Below, one piece after another: positions 17,896 to 27,021 of a DNA stretch of 64,000 bases. Position 1 is the first letter of the stretch; the number at the start of each line of letters is the position of its first letter. The translations under genes were made by a program, and so were the position numbers. A model generated the notes under the pieces. The model saw only the letters and a list, made by a program, of their open reading frames with translations. It was not told the origin of the DNA and searched no databases. This DNA comes from Acidobacteriota bacterium (GTDB lineage Bacteria; Acidobacteriota; Vicinamibacteria; Vicinamibacterales; SCN-69-37): contig CANIII010000011.1 in the NCBI GenBank assembly GCA_947467605.1, positions 54,172 to 118,171 of the forward strand, written 5' to 3'.

Positions 17896-19273
17896 GTACC
17901 TCGTCGCGCTGGCGTTCGCGGCGATCTACGCAGCGATCGGCCTGATGCGCCACGCGCACTTCGGCTCGAACGCCTACGACCTCGGCATCTTTGATCAGAT
18001 GGTGTGGCACCTCAGCCGATTCGAGACGCCGGCCAGCACGATTCATGGTCTCGCGAACATGTTCGGCGACCACTTCTCGCCAATTCACGTGTTCTATGTG
18101 CCACTGTCCTGGTTGTGGCCGTCGGCATCGTCACTCATCGCGACGCAGGCCATCGCCTTTGGTCTGTCTATTGTTCCCGTATGGATCTTTCTCGAGCGCA
18201 AGCTGCCCCAGCGCGCCGCGGCGCTGATGGCGATCGCCTACGGATGCTTCTGGGGCCTGCAGCGAGCCGCGCAGTTTGATGTGCACGAACTCGCGTTCGC
18301 GCCGCTGCTGATCGCGCTCGCGCTACTCTCGCTCGACCGCATATTGAGCGTCGAGCGTGCGACGTCGGCGCACGTGGTTTTCGGGCTCTCGCTCGCGCTG
18401 CTGTGCTTTGTGAAGGAAGATCAGATTCCCCTAGTCGTGGCGATCTGTGGTCTCTGGGCGCTCCGTGCGCCGAGCGTGCGCGAGCGCATCACGGCCGCAT
18501 CACTGGCCGTGGCTGCGCTCGGCGTCTTTGTCCTCATCGTCCGCGTGGTGATTCCCGCGCTGAACGATGGCGGTGCCTGGGCTGTCGGCAGCGCCTTTGG
18601 CGATGTGCAGTCGGATCCACTCTCGCTCTTCTCGCGTCTGGTCTCGCCAGCCGTGAAGCTGAAGACGCTCTCGATGTGGCTGCTGCCATTCGCCCTGCTG
18701 CCGCTGGCATCGCCGTACGGCCTGCTGCTGGTGCCGCTCGTCCTCGAGCGCTTTCTCTCGGCCAGCCCGAATCACTGGGGCACGTCGTTCCACTACACCG
18801 CGCCGCTCGCACCGATTCTCGCCATGGCCGCCGGTGACGCATTGGCGCGCTGGCGTCAACACGCCACACCCATTGCCAGTATCTGTTTGCTACTCTCGGC
18901 CGTGCTGCCTGGCCACGAGCCCATGTGGAAACTGCTGTCGCCATCGTTTTACACCGCGCCGCCGTTTGCGACGACGGCAGCGCGCGCGCTCACACATATT
19001 CCGCCTCAGGCCTCGGTCGTTGCGCAATCTGCGATCGTGCCGCACCTCAGCCGGCGTCAGGATATCTACATGATGCGTGCTGAAGGTGCCTGCGCTGGCG
19101 TTGACGCGGACTTCGTCATCGCCGCTGCGGGCGATCTACCCCCGTGGCCATTCATCGCTGCAGACCAGGTGCGTGCCCAGCTCGCCATGTACCTGCAGCG
19201 CGGCTACGCGACGGTCTTTCAAGAGAATGGCTGGGTCGTGCTGGCGCGTGGGGGAGCGGAGCCACAACGATGA
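17861..19273 (+). CDS. DUF2079-like integral membrane protein
   Basis: The N-terminal pattern HAHFGSNAYDLGIFDQMVWHLSRFETP...FGDHFSPI and many TM helices resemble DUF2079. The start is uncertain because the ORF overlaps the upstream gene by 35 nt. Confidence 0.65.
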   Translation: MSWASLTRTSSKYLVALAFAAIYAAIGLMRHAHFGSNAYDLGIFDQMVWHLSRFETPASTIHGLANMFGDHFSPIHVFYVPLSWLWPSASSLIATQAIAFGLSIVPVWIFLERKLPQRAAALMAIAYGCFWGLQRAAQFDVHELAFAPLLIALALLSLDRILSVERATSAHVVFGLSLALLCFVKEDQIPLVVAICGLWALRAPSVRERITAASLAVAALGVFVLIVRVVIPALNDGGAWAVGSAFGDVQSDPLSLFSRLVSPAVKLKTLSMWLLPFALLPLASPYGLLLVPLVLERFLSASPNHWGTSFHYTAPLAPILAMAAGDALARWRQHATPIASICLLLSAVLPGHEPMWKLLSPSFYTAPPFATTAARALTHIPPQASVVAQSAIVPHLSRRQDIYMMRAEGACAGVDADFVIAAAGDLPPWPFIAADQVRAQLAMYLQRGYATVFQENGWVVLARGGAEPQR

Positions 19274-20115
19274 TCGGCGGCGATCCGATTGGAATGGGAC
19301 CCGAGCTGTCACCTGAAGTGGCGCGCGCCATTCAGCGCGATGAAGTTGTGCTGGCCCAGTCGCGCGCTCGCTTCAATCTCATCCTGACGCTGGTCATCAG
19401 TGCCGCGCTGGCATTTGTGAGCTGGGGCTCGATGATCCCCGGTGTCCAAGTGCCACTGATGAGCGCCGCCGTTAGCTTCCGGCTGATGATCGCCATGCTG
19501 TGCGGTATTGCCCTCACGGTCCAGTCTTGGCGCGAGTACCGAAAGGCACGAGCGATCCTCGAGAGCGTCGAATTCACATCGTCCGAAACACCTCATCGTC
19601 CGAGCGTTGTGGTCCGATACGGCAGTCGTTTTCTTGTGCTGCTGTTGCTGGCCTTTGCCGGCCATTCCTGGTGGGTGGCACGCGGGTCATCCACAGGCCC
19701 GATCGTCTTTCGCAACGCGACGCTCATGACCAGCACAGGATTTCTGCAGGAGCACATGACGATTGCTATCGCGGATGGCCGCATCGCTTTCGTTGGTGCC
19801 GCCGGCGATGAGGAGCCGCGCAGTATCTCGGGGGCGCGACGCATCGATGCGCTTGAGGCCCAGGTATCGGCCGCGACATTTGATCGCAGCGTCGCGGCCC
19901 CTCTCGAGGGCCTCCGCCACATCTGGGCCGGCCAGCTCTTTGCAGGTGCGCCCGGCGATGTCGTGATTACGCCTGTGCCTGTACGAGGCCGCGGCGGCCG
20001 AGGCGGACGTGGCGGTGGCGGCGGTGGTGGCTTTGGTGGCGGTGCACCGCGCGAGATCCTCGGCGCCGTTGTCAGTGGCCGGTATTACAGTGCGGCTGAA
20101 CTGCGCGCGAAGTAG
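19270..20115 (+). CDS. Membrane protein with amidohydrolase-like end segments and an RGG/Gly-rich tract
   Basis: Based on ORF 19144..20115. I start it at ATG 19270, which gives an ATGA overlap with the DUF2079 stop. It has three hydrophobic segments, then IVFRNATLM...IAIADGRIAFVG, and later PGDVVITPVPVRGRGGRGGRGGGGGGGFGGG...VVSGRYY. Confidence 0.55.
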   Translation: MIGGDPIGMGPELSPEVARAIQRDEVVLAQSRARFNLILTLVISAALAFVSWGSMIPGVQVPLMSAAVSFRLMIAMLCGIALTVQSWREYRKARAILESVEFTSSETPHRPSVVVRYGSRFLVLLLLAFAGHSWWVARGSSTGPIVFRNATLMTSTGFLQEHMTIAIADGRIAFVGAAGDEEPRSISGARRIDALEAQVSAATFDRSVAAPLEGLRHIWAGQLFAGAPGDVVITPVPVRGRGGRGGRGGGGGGGFGGGAPREILGAVVSGRYYSAAELRAK

Positions 20116-20116
20116 G

Positions 20117-21118
20117 CTAGGAACGCGGCCGCTTCGCGAGCCACGCATTGAGTCGCGCCGCCGCGTCAGCGTCTCGAGTGTTCGCGGAATCAATCCACTC
20201 CCGATAGAGCGGCAGTGTTTTGAGATATGTCAGATAGCGCGGATACGTCGACGGATCTTTGCCGTCCAGAATCTCAACGGCCGTCTTCACCGTCGCCGCT
20301 GAGAAGCCATTCCAGATCCGTTTGCCAAACGCGGCCGTCGCCAGTTGCGGCGCACCGAGGTAGCCGGGCCAGCCGTCCTTGCGCGCGGTCGCAAACGCCT
20401 CGTCATAGTTCGCGCCGTTCACAGACTTCGCCTGCTTGAAATCCTTCGCCACCAGATCCGGCCGCAGATACAGCATCAGGCTGTGTTCGTCCATGCCGCC
20501 ATGCAACGACAAACCATCCGCGGCCTTCTCAGTCGGCGTCATGTTCGACATCGCACCGCCCCAGCCGCCGAGCACGGGCATCAGTCCCCACAGATTCACC
20601 ATCGTGCCGCCGTACGTGTCATGAAAGAAATCACCCGCATCGTCTAGCGCGCCAATGTGCAGCGGCGATCCATGCACGTGCACGACCATGATGTGGCGAA
20701 AGCCCTGCTCGCCCAGTTCGCTCGCGAGATCAACAAATGCGGCGCGTAGCGTCGATGGTCGCATGGCGTATGTGCCGGGAAACACGAACTGACGTCCGAT
20801 TTCGTTTGAACCACTCGCGCCGGCAGAAACGGGCGGAAAGACCAATGCGGTCCAACCGGGCCGCTGCTTGACGATCCCAGCGGCGAGTTCCTTCGTCAAC
20901 CGATCGCTCAACACCCCGTCGGTGAACGCCGGCAGGTACGGTCCATGTTCTTCGAGCATCCCGCCTTGCAGAATGACGACGGTGTGCGCGCGATCGAGCG
21001 TCTGAATCTGCCGGGTATTGAGGTCCGCTACGTTGAGCACGTGCGACGTCTGCGCCGGGGCCGCAGCGAGGGAAAGCACAACCAGCAGGCCCAAGGGGAG
21101 CTTCATTCCACGCGTCAT
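20117..21118 (-). CDS. Creatininase (creatinine amidohydrolase) family protein with a signal peptide
   Basis: The sequence LQGGMLEEHGPYLPAFTDG matches the family's xEQHGPHLPxxTD motif region. The N-terminus MTRGMKLPLGLLVVLSLAAAPAQT looks like a signal peptide. Confidence 0.75.
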   Translation of the reverse strand: MTRGMKLPLGLLVVLSLAAAPAQTSHVLNVADLNTRQIQTLDRAHTVVILQGGMLEEHGPYLPAFTDGVLSDRLTKELAAGIVKQRPGWTALVFPPVSAGASGSNEIGRQFVFPGTYAMRPSTLRAAFVDLASELGEQGFRHIMVVHVHGSPLHIGALDDAGDFFHDTYGGTMVNLWGLMPVLGGWGGAMSNMTPTEKAADGLSLHGGMDEHSLMLYLRPDLVAKDFKQAKSVNGANYDEAFATARKDGWPGYLGAPQLATAAFGKRIWNGFSAATVKTAVEILDGKDPSTYPRYLTYLKTLPLYREWIDSANTRDADAAARLNAWLAKRPRS

Positions 21119-21138
21119 GGGTGTACTAATATCAGATC

Positions 21139-23058
21139 GTGTCGTCCTATACCGCCAAAGACATCACCGTTCTAGAGGGCCTCGAGCCCGTTCGCCGCCG
21201 GCCGGGCATGTACATCGGCGGCGTCGGCGCCTCCGGCCTGCATCACCTCGTGTGGGAAATCGTCGACAACGCGATCGACGAGGCGATGAACGGTCACGCG
21301 TCACACATTCAAGTGACGCTGCACAAAGACGGCTCGTCGATCACGGTCGAAGACGACGGCCGAGGCATTCCGGTCGATAAGCATCCGACGACGAAGACAA
21401 GCGCGCTGGAAGTGATCTTCACGACGCTGCACGCGGGCGGAAAATTTGAAGGGCAGAACTACAAGACGGCTGGCGGTTTGCACGGCGTCGGTGCCTCTGT
21501 TGTGAACGCGCTCTCGCGCGAACTGATCGCAACAGTGAAACGCGACGGCTCCACGTGGGAACAGCGCTACAAGCAGGGCACGCCGCTCGGCGGCGTGAAG
21601 AAGCTTGGCCCTGCGCGCGGCACCGGCACGACCGTGTTCTTCAAGCCCGACTCCACGATCTTTCCGAAGGTGCTCTTCGACGCGCGCACGATTCGCGATC
21701 GCCTGGAAGTCGCGAGCTACCTGCACAAGGGCCTCAAGGTCGTCTTCGAGAACGAGGCGGCCGAAGGCGAAGAGCTCAAGCGCGAAACCTTCGAACACAC
21801 CGAAGGCATCGCCGACTACCTGAAGAAGATTCTCGTCGAGCGCAACAGCAAGCCCGTACACGATGCGCCGTTCGCGACAACCAAGGAACACGAAGAGAGC
21901 GGTCTCAAACTCGACGTCGTGCTGCAGTGGACGGAGAGCACAGACGAGCATCTCCGCAGCTACGTGAACGGCATCCCGACAGCCTCCGGCGGCACACACG
22001 AGAACGGCCTCCGTTCGGGCCTCGGCAAGGCGATGCGCAACTTCATCGATACACACAGCCTCAGCCCGAAGGGCGTCACGATCAGCGCCGAAGACATTCG
22101 CGAAGGCCTGACGGGCGTGCTCAGCATCTTCATCACGGAGCCACAGTTTCAGGGACAAACGAAGGACCGGCTCAACAACCCCGAGATCACCAACATCGTC
22201 GACTCAATGGTGCGGCCGGCGATCGAACACTGGCTGAACCACAACACCACAGTGGCCAATGCGATCGTCGCGCGCATCATTCTGTCGGCACGCGCGCGCG
22301 AAGCCAGCCGCGCGGCCAAAGACGAAGTGACCCGCAAGAGCGCCACCTCGTCACGACTCACGCTGCCCGGCAAGCTCAGCGACTGCAACTCCAGCGGCCG
22401 CGAAGACAGCGAGATCTTCATCGTCGAAGGCGACTCGGCCGGTGGTTCCGCCAAGCAGGGCCGCGATCGCGCGCGACAGGCGATTCTGCCGCTACGCGGC
22501 AAAGTGCTGAACGCCGAGAGCGCATCGATTTCGAAAGTGCTCGAGAACAAAGAGCTGTCGGACCTGGTGACCGCGCTCGGCTGCGGAATCGGCAAGGGCT
22601 TCGAGCTGAGCAAGCTGCGCTACGGCCGGATCATCATCCTCGCCGACGCCGACTCAGACGGGCACCACATCGCCACGCTTCTGATGACGTTCATCTATCG
22701 GCACATGCCCGGGCTCATCACCGCCGGCCGGTTGTATCTTGCGCAGCCGCCGCTCTATCGCATCGACATCGGCAAGGAATCGCACTGGGCACTCGACGAG
22801 AAACAGAAGACCGACATCCTCGCGCGCGCCGGCAAGAGCAAAGTCGATATCACGCGCTTCAAAGGCCTCGGCGAGATGATGCCGAAAGTGTTGTGGGAGA
22901 CGACGCTCAATCCGCGCACGCGACGCCTGCTGCGCGTCACGATCGACGATCAGATCGCGACCGACCGCATCATCAACGAACTGATGGGCAAAGACCCGTC
23001 GGCGCGATTCCGCTTCATCATGGATCACGCCGAAGCGGCCGAAGAGCTCGACGTCTAG
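21139..23058 (+). CDS. Type IIA DNA topoisomerase subunit B (GyrB/ParE family, 639 aa)
   Basis: It has a GHKL ATPase N-terminus (LEGLEPVRRRPGMYIGG, HHLVWEIVDNAIDEA, GGLHGVGASVVNALS) and a Toprim region (EIFIVEGDSAGGSAKQGRDR, IIILADADSDGHHI). GyrB and ParE cannot be told apart by eye, and no gyrA or parC gene is adjacent. Confidence 0.9.
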   Translation: MSSYTAKDITVLEGLEPVRRRPGMYIGGVGASGLHHLVWEIVDNAIDEAMNGHASHIQVTLHKDGSSITVEDDGRGIPVDKHPTTKTSALEVIFTTLHAGGKFEGQNYKTAGGLHGVGASVVNALSRELIATVKRDGSTWEQRYKQGTPLGGVKKLGPARGTGTTVFFKPDSTIFPKVLFDARTIRDRLEVASYLHKGLKVVFENEAAEGEELKRETFEHTEGIADYLKKILVERNSKPVHDAPFATTKEHEESGLKLDVVLQWTESTDEHLRSYVNGIPTASGGTHENGLRSGLGKAMRNFIDTHSLSPKGVTISAEDIREGLTGVLSIFITEPQFQGQTKDRLNNPEITNIVDSMVRPAIEHWLNHNTTVANAIVARIILSARAREASRAAKDEVTRKSATSSRLTLPGKLSDCNSSGREDSEIFIVEGDSAGGSAKQGRDRARQAILPLRGKVLNAESASISKVLENKELSDLVTALGCGIGKGFELSKLRYGRIIILADADSDGHHIATLLMTFIYRHMPGLITAGRLYLAQPPLYRIDIGKESHWALDEKQKTDILARAGKSKVDITRFKGLGEMMPKVLWETTLNPRTRRLLRVTIDDQIATDRIINELMGKDPSARFRFIMDHAEAAEELDV

Positions 23059-23062
23059 CGTC

Positions 23063-24082
23063 TTACTTGAGCGCCTTGATCTTGGCCGGATCGAGTCGCA
23101 TCAACTGTCCGCCCTCGATGTCGCTGAGCCAGACGGAGCCGTGACCGAATCGAACTGAGTCGCCGCCCTTGCCGACAAACTGCTGCGCCACCTTGTTGGT
23201 GGCTACGTCGATGCGCGTGAGTGGGATCTCCATCATCGTCACCCACACGGATCCAGCGCCGACCGTGATTTCACCGCCACCGCCGGGGAGGCCCGCTTCG
23301 ATGTTTGCGACGAGCTGGTTGGTCCGCATGTCGACGCGCGAGATCGTGCCGTCGCCCTGATTGAGCGTCCAGACCGCACCTTCGCCGACGGCGAGGAAGC
23401 GTGGCTTCTGGCCGACCGGGATCGTGGCCTCAACCGTATTGGTCTTTGGATTCACGCGCGTGAGCAGGTTTTGTTCGGTACTCGTGACCCACACCTCGTC
23501 GACGCCAAACGCGACAGCGAATGATCCGGGCGCGACTTGAATCGTCGCGACGACCGCGTTGGTGACTGGATCGATGCGCACGAGTGCGCCCTTCGCATCA
23601 GCCATCATCCAGAAACTGCCCGCGCCTACAGCGATGCCGCCTTCGCTGTTGCCAATGGTCTGCGGCCAGGTGGCGGTAACCTTCCCGGTCTTCAGATCGA
23701 TGCGCGACACTGTCTTGTCGCCGCAGTTGGGCACCCACACACTGCCGAAACCCGCCGCGAGTCCTGAGCAGGGCCGCTGGCCCGTCGAGATGTTGTCAAC
23801 GATGCGGTTGGTGGCCGGATCGATACGCGTGACGTTGCCCTTCGGCGCGTTCGAGATCCAGACATGCTCGTCGATTGCCATCCAGTCGGGCGCGCCGGGA
23901 ATGTCGAACGTGGCGATCGGTACGAGCTTGGCGGCGTCGATCTTCAACTTGGCGTCCGCGACGCCTGGGCGTGGCGCTCGCGGAGACTGCGAAGGCGCTG
24001 TTTGGCCGGAGAGAATGGCGTGGCCATACACCGAACACACGAAGAAAAATCCCGCAGCGCCCACTCGAAATGACATGGACAT
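23063..24082 (-). CDS. Secreted beta-propeller repeat protein (YncE / Vgb-lyase-like blades)
   Basis: It has a signal peptide and 6-7 repeats of the pattern VWV....xxVxRIDPxTNxV. It is a paralog of 26017..27021. Confidence 0.75.
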   Translation of the reverse strand: MSMSFRVGAAGFFFVCSVYGHAILSGQTAPSQSPRAPRPGVADAKLKIDAAKLVPIATFDIPGAPDWMAIDEHVWISNAPKGNVTRIDPATNRIVDNISTGQRPCSGLAAGFGSVWVPNCGDKTVSRIDLKTGKVTATWPQTIGNSEGGIAVGAGSFWMMADAKGALVRIDPVTNAVVATIQVAPGSFAVAFGVDEVWVTSTEQNLLTRVNPKTNTVEATIPVGQKPRFLAVGEGAVWTLNQGDGTISRVDMRTNQLVANIEAGLPGGGGEITVGAGSVWVTMMEIPLTRIDVATNKVAQQFVGKGGDSVRFGHGSVWLSDIEGGQLMRLDPAKIKALK

Positions 24083-24107
24083 ATCCTACGTCGAGGATGC
24101 GCCGTCG

Positions 24108-24674
24108 CTACCGCCACGTGATCGAGCCGCCGATGCCGACGCGCTTTGAACCGACCAGCTCCACTTGAGGTGCGATCTTCACGGCCACGCGTGCCGTGCC
24201 GGCTTGATAGAGCACGTCACGTCCCTCAATCAGGCTGTCGATCCAGGCGCCGATGCCGCCAAAGATCAGACCACTCGTCACGCAGAATCCCGCCGATGAG
24301 AAGGTGCTCTCCTTCTCGTAGTTCTTTTGCGGTGTGGCGAACGCAGCAATGTCATTGACGCCCTGAGCCACAACGCTTCCAACCACACATCCAACCGCTG
24401 CTCCGATCCAGAAGCCCTGCTTATTCGAGTCTTTCTTTGAGATTGCCGCGACGTCTGACATCGCGATTCGTTTAATTCCGGCTGCTGTCGCCAACTCGAT
24501 GAAGACCGGGGAGAGCTCTGAAACGTTCCCGAGCACCTCGCCGTTGGCCGTCGTTACCCAGACCTTTTGGCCAGTCTCGACTGCGGGAATCGTTGCTGAC
24601 GACGTCTGCGCCAGAGCGAGGGTGGGCCCGGCGGAGACGAGAATAAAGACGAGTGCGAGGCGTCGGAGTGTCAT
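24108..24674 (-). CDS. Secreted glycine-zipper hypothetical protein
   Basis: Based on ORF 24108..24689. I start it at ATG 24674 (MTLRRLALVFILVSAGPTLALAQ). It has Gly-zipper segments GFWIGAAVGCVVGSVVAQG and GLIFGGIGAWIDS, and the tail is VGIGGSITWR. Confidence 0.65.
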   Translation of the reverse strand: MTLRRLALVFILVSAGPTLALAQTSSATIPAVETGQKVWVTTANGEVLGNVSELSPVFIELATAAGIKRIAMSDVAAISKKDSNKQGFWIGAAVGCVVGSVVAQGVNDIAAFATPQKNYEKESTFSSAGFCVTSGLIFGGIGAWIDSLIEGRDVLYQAGTARVAVKIAPQVELVGSKRVGIGGSITWR

Positions 24675-24679
24675 GGCAG

Positions 24680-24871
24680 CTACCTCCACGTGATCGAGCC
24701 GCCGATGCCGACCCGCTTCGTGCCGACGAGCGCCACTTGAGGGGCGATGCGCACCGTGGTCTTCGGATCAGATTTCCGATACACGATCTCCTGCCCCTCG
24801 ATGCGGCTGTCAATCCAGGCGCCAATGCCACCCCAGATCAGCCCGCCACCCACACACATGAGTGCGAGTGC
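24680..24871 (-). pseudogene. Orphan duplicated 3' fragment of the adjacent glycine-zipper gene
   Basis: ORF 24680..24991 is homologous to 24108..24674 only over its last ~64 aa (ALALMCVGGGLIWGGIGAWIDSRIEGQEIVY...VALVGTKRVGIGGSITWR versus GFCVTSGLIFGGIGAWIDSLIEGRDVLY...VELVGSKRVGIGGSITWR). The first ~34 nt of the two 3' ends are nearly identical at the DNA level. The fragment has no signal peptide or N-terminal half. Confidence 0.55.
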
Positions 24872-25185
24872 CGGAACAGCTCCGCCCCGGCCGGGACGAT
24901 CGACGGACCCGATTCGCCGCCCGCGAGCAATGCCGCGCGTGAATCGACTCGCAGGCCGCCATTCTGTTTCTCGGTGTGGCATTCGTAACACTGCGCGACC
25001 AGCAGTGGACGGACGCGCGATTCAAAGAACTCTGCGGAGCCGGCGCCGGTGCCGGGCGTCTGCGCATCGAGCCTGGTCTGTCGCACAGCAATCGAGACCA
25101 GCAGCGTCGCTGCGAGCGCAGCGTACGAGCCGCGAGTCCACCAGACGGAGAGGGAGGTTGAGGAGTGCGACGAGGTCAGGGGCAC
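24838..25185 (-). pseudogene. N-terminal remnant of a PSCyt1 (planctomycete-type cytochrome c) / DUF1549-DUF1553 family protein
   Basis: The ORF encodes a signal/TM segment followed by FFESRVRPLLVAQCYECHTEKQNGGLRVDSRAALLAGGESGPSIVP. This contains the CxxCH-bearing PSCyt1 motif that normally opens proteins of about 900-1000 aa. Homology stops near 24892, after which the frame runs into the duplicated fragment. Confidence 0.6.
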
Positions 25186-25200
25186 GGCCGTAGGCCGCTA

Positions 25201-25995
25201 TTATGACGGCGTTGGCGCCAGAGAAAACACCCGTGCGGTCTCGTATTCCTGCTGCAGAACCACCTGCATCCCTGCAGCAGCCGCCTCGCCCTCGATTTCG
25301 TCGGGCCGGAAGGCATGCTGAAAGGTGAAATGAGACGACCCGCCGACACGCCTCAAGTGGAGATAATCGCCCGGCTCCGGTCGCCAGTCCGATCTCGACA
25401 TCCAGCTCGTGGCCCGCGCGATGCGGAGCATCCACGGCCTGGGCCGGGGCATGTGTTCGTAGCTCAGAATGACTTGTCCGCCCGGCCGGAGATGAGTGGC
25501 AACGTTGCGCAAGGCCCTGATTCGCGTGGCCGACTCCGGAATATATGCGTAGCATCCAAGCCCAGCGAAGAATACGGTGTCGAACTCGCCCATGAGCTCC
25601 GTCGCTTCGACAAACCCTTCGACCAACTCCGCCGACATTCCGCGCTGACTCAATGCGTGTCGCGCGGTCGCCAGCGCTGATGGTGATGGATCCACACCAA
25701 CGACGTGGCATCCGCGGGCGATCAGCGGAAGGAGCACGCGGCCGTTGCTGGATCCAACCACTAACACGGAGCTGCCGTCCGCGATCAGCGGATCCACAAG
25801 CTGTTGCTCCCACGGCACGAGTCCCTCGTCAGGATCCACTTCCTGTTGGTTGATCTCGTCCCACACGGCCTGCATGTCGCGCACGAGTTCGTCACGCACG
25901 AGCGTCACGGCGGCAAGGCTCCACCCGAACCGCACCGCGCCGACGCCCAAGCGTCGGAGGGCAAGTAGTTCAGCTGTGAGGTGGGTGAGAGGCAT
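25201..25995 (-). CDS. Class I SAM-dependent methyltransferase
   Basis: Motif I context VLVVGSSNGRVLLPLIARGCHVVGVDPS, followed by FDTVFFAG and LRPGGQVILS. The start is uncertain; ATG 25875 is an alternative. Confidence 0.7.
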   Translation of the reverse strand: MPLTHLTAELLALRRLGVGAVRFGWSLAAVTLVRDELVRDMQAVWDEINQQEVDPDEGLVPWEQQLVDPLIADGSSVLVVGSSNGRVLLPLIARGCHVVGVDPSPSALATARHALSQRGMSAELVEGFVEATELMGEFDTVFFAGLGCYAYIPESATRIRALRNVATHLRPGGQVILSYEHMPRPRPWMLRIARATSWMSRSDWRPEPGDYLHLRRVGGSSHFTFQHAFRPDEIEGEAAAAGMQVVLQQEYETARVFSLAPTPS

Positions 25996-26016
25996 CGCGA
26001 TCAGTTCACCGTTAAG

Positions 26017-27021
26017 ATGACCACCATGCTCTCCGGTCAGCAGGTCCTACTACTAACACTCGTATTGGCGCGGCTCCCTCTACAGACGCCCGCCAGTACT
26101 CCCACTGAGACTGCCCCAAAGGAGAAGCCCGCGCCCGCCATCCGCGTGTTGCTCGACCGACTGAAGCCGGAAGTTGCGCTCGACCTGGCCGGCACACGCG
26201 GGCTCGCCAGCGGCGACGGCAGCATCTGGGTCTCACTCACAGACACGAGCCGCGTCGTGCGCGTGGATCCCAAGACCAACAAGATCACGCAGACGATCAC
26301 GCTGCCGAAACCGCCGTGCCCGGGCATGACATTCGGATTCGGCGCGATGTGGGTGCCCCTCTGTGGTGGTGCCGGCGTGGCGCGCATCGACAGCAAGACC
26401 AACACCGTGACGATGACCGTGACGAAGGGACTGGCTGCCGTCGTAGGAACGATGTGGACCGGCGCCGGCAGCGTCTGGGCGATGACCGACGACAAGGGCA
26501 CACTCGCGCGCATCGACCCGGTCGCGGGCGTCGTTGTGGCAGAGGTCTACACGGGGATCGGCGTGAGCGGCATGGCGTCAGGCCAGGACGCGCTGTGGAT
26601 CGCCAACGCGACGACCAACCAGCTCATTCGCGTCACCATGCAGACGAACCTCATCGCCGAATCCATCAAGGTCGGCAAGTCGCCCGTCGCGGCCGCGTAC
26701 GGTGAAGGCGCCGCGTGGACGTTGAACGCCGCCGACGCCACCGTGTCGCGTATCGATCCGAAGACCAACAAAGTGACCGAGACCATCAAGCTCGGTGTGG
26801 CCGTCACGAGCGGACAGCTGGCCGTGGGCGAAGGCGCTCTCTGGGTGAGCGCGCCGGGTGTGCCTTTGCTGCGCATTGATCCGCGCACAAATCAGGTCGC
26901 GCAGATCTTCACCGGCGCAGGCGGTGGTTTCGTCGCGCTGGCCGAAGGATCGGTGTGGATCGCCGCAGACGCGAAGACGCTCTGGCGTCTCGACCCCAAG
27001 CGGATCGAAGCCACGCGATAG
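26017..27021 (+). CDS. Secreted beta-propeller repeat protein, paralog of 23063..24082
   Basis: Based on ORF 25981..27021. I start it at ATG 26017. It shows the same blade pattern (IWVS...VVRVDPKTNKI, MWVP...VARIDSKTNTV, ...LLRIDPRTNQV). I estimate 40-45 percent identity to the paralog by eye. Confidence 0.75.
   Translation: MTTMLSGQQVLLLTLVLARLPLQTPASTPTETAPKEKPAPAIRVLLDRLKPEVALDLAGTRGLASGDGSIWVSLTDTSRVVRVDPKTNKITQTITLPKPPCPGMTFGFGAMWVPLCGGAGVARIDSKTNTVTMTVTKGLAAVVGTMWTGAGSVWAMTDDKGTLARIDPVAGVVVAEVYTGIGVSGMASGQDALWIANATTNQLIRVTMQTNLIAESIKVGKSPVAAAYGEGAAWTLNAADATVSRIDPKTNKVTETIKLGVAVTSGQLAVGEGALWVSAPGVPLLRIDPRTNQVAQIFTGAGGGFVALAEGSVWIAADAKTLWRLDPKRIEATR

Noticed and set aside
21555-23144. 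A 529-aa ORF lies in an alternative plus frame over the topoisomerase gene, and 21301..22158(-) lies antisense to it.
   Set aside because: The product is extremely Arg-rich (RRRR runs). The GyrB/ParE frame explains the region completely.
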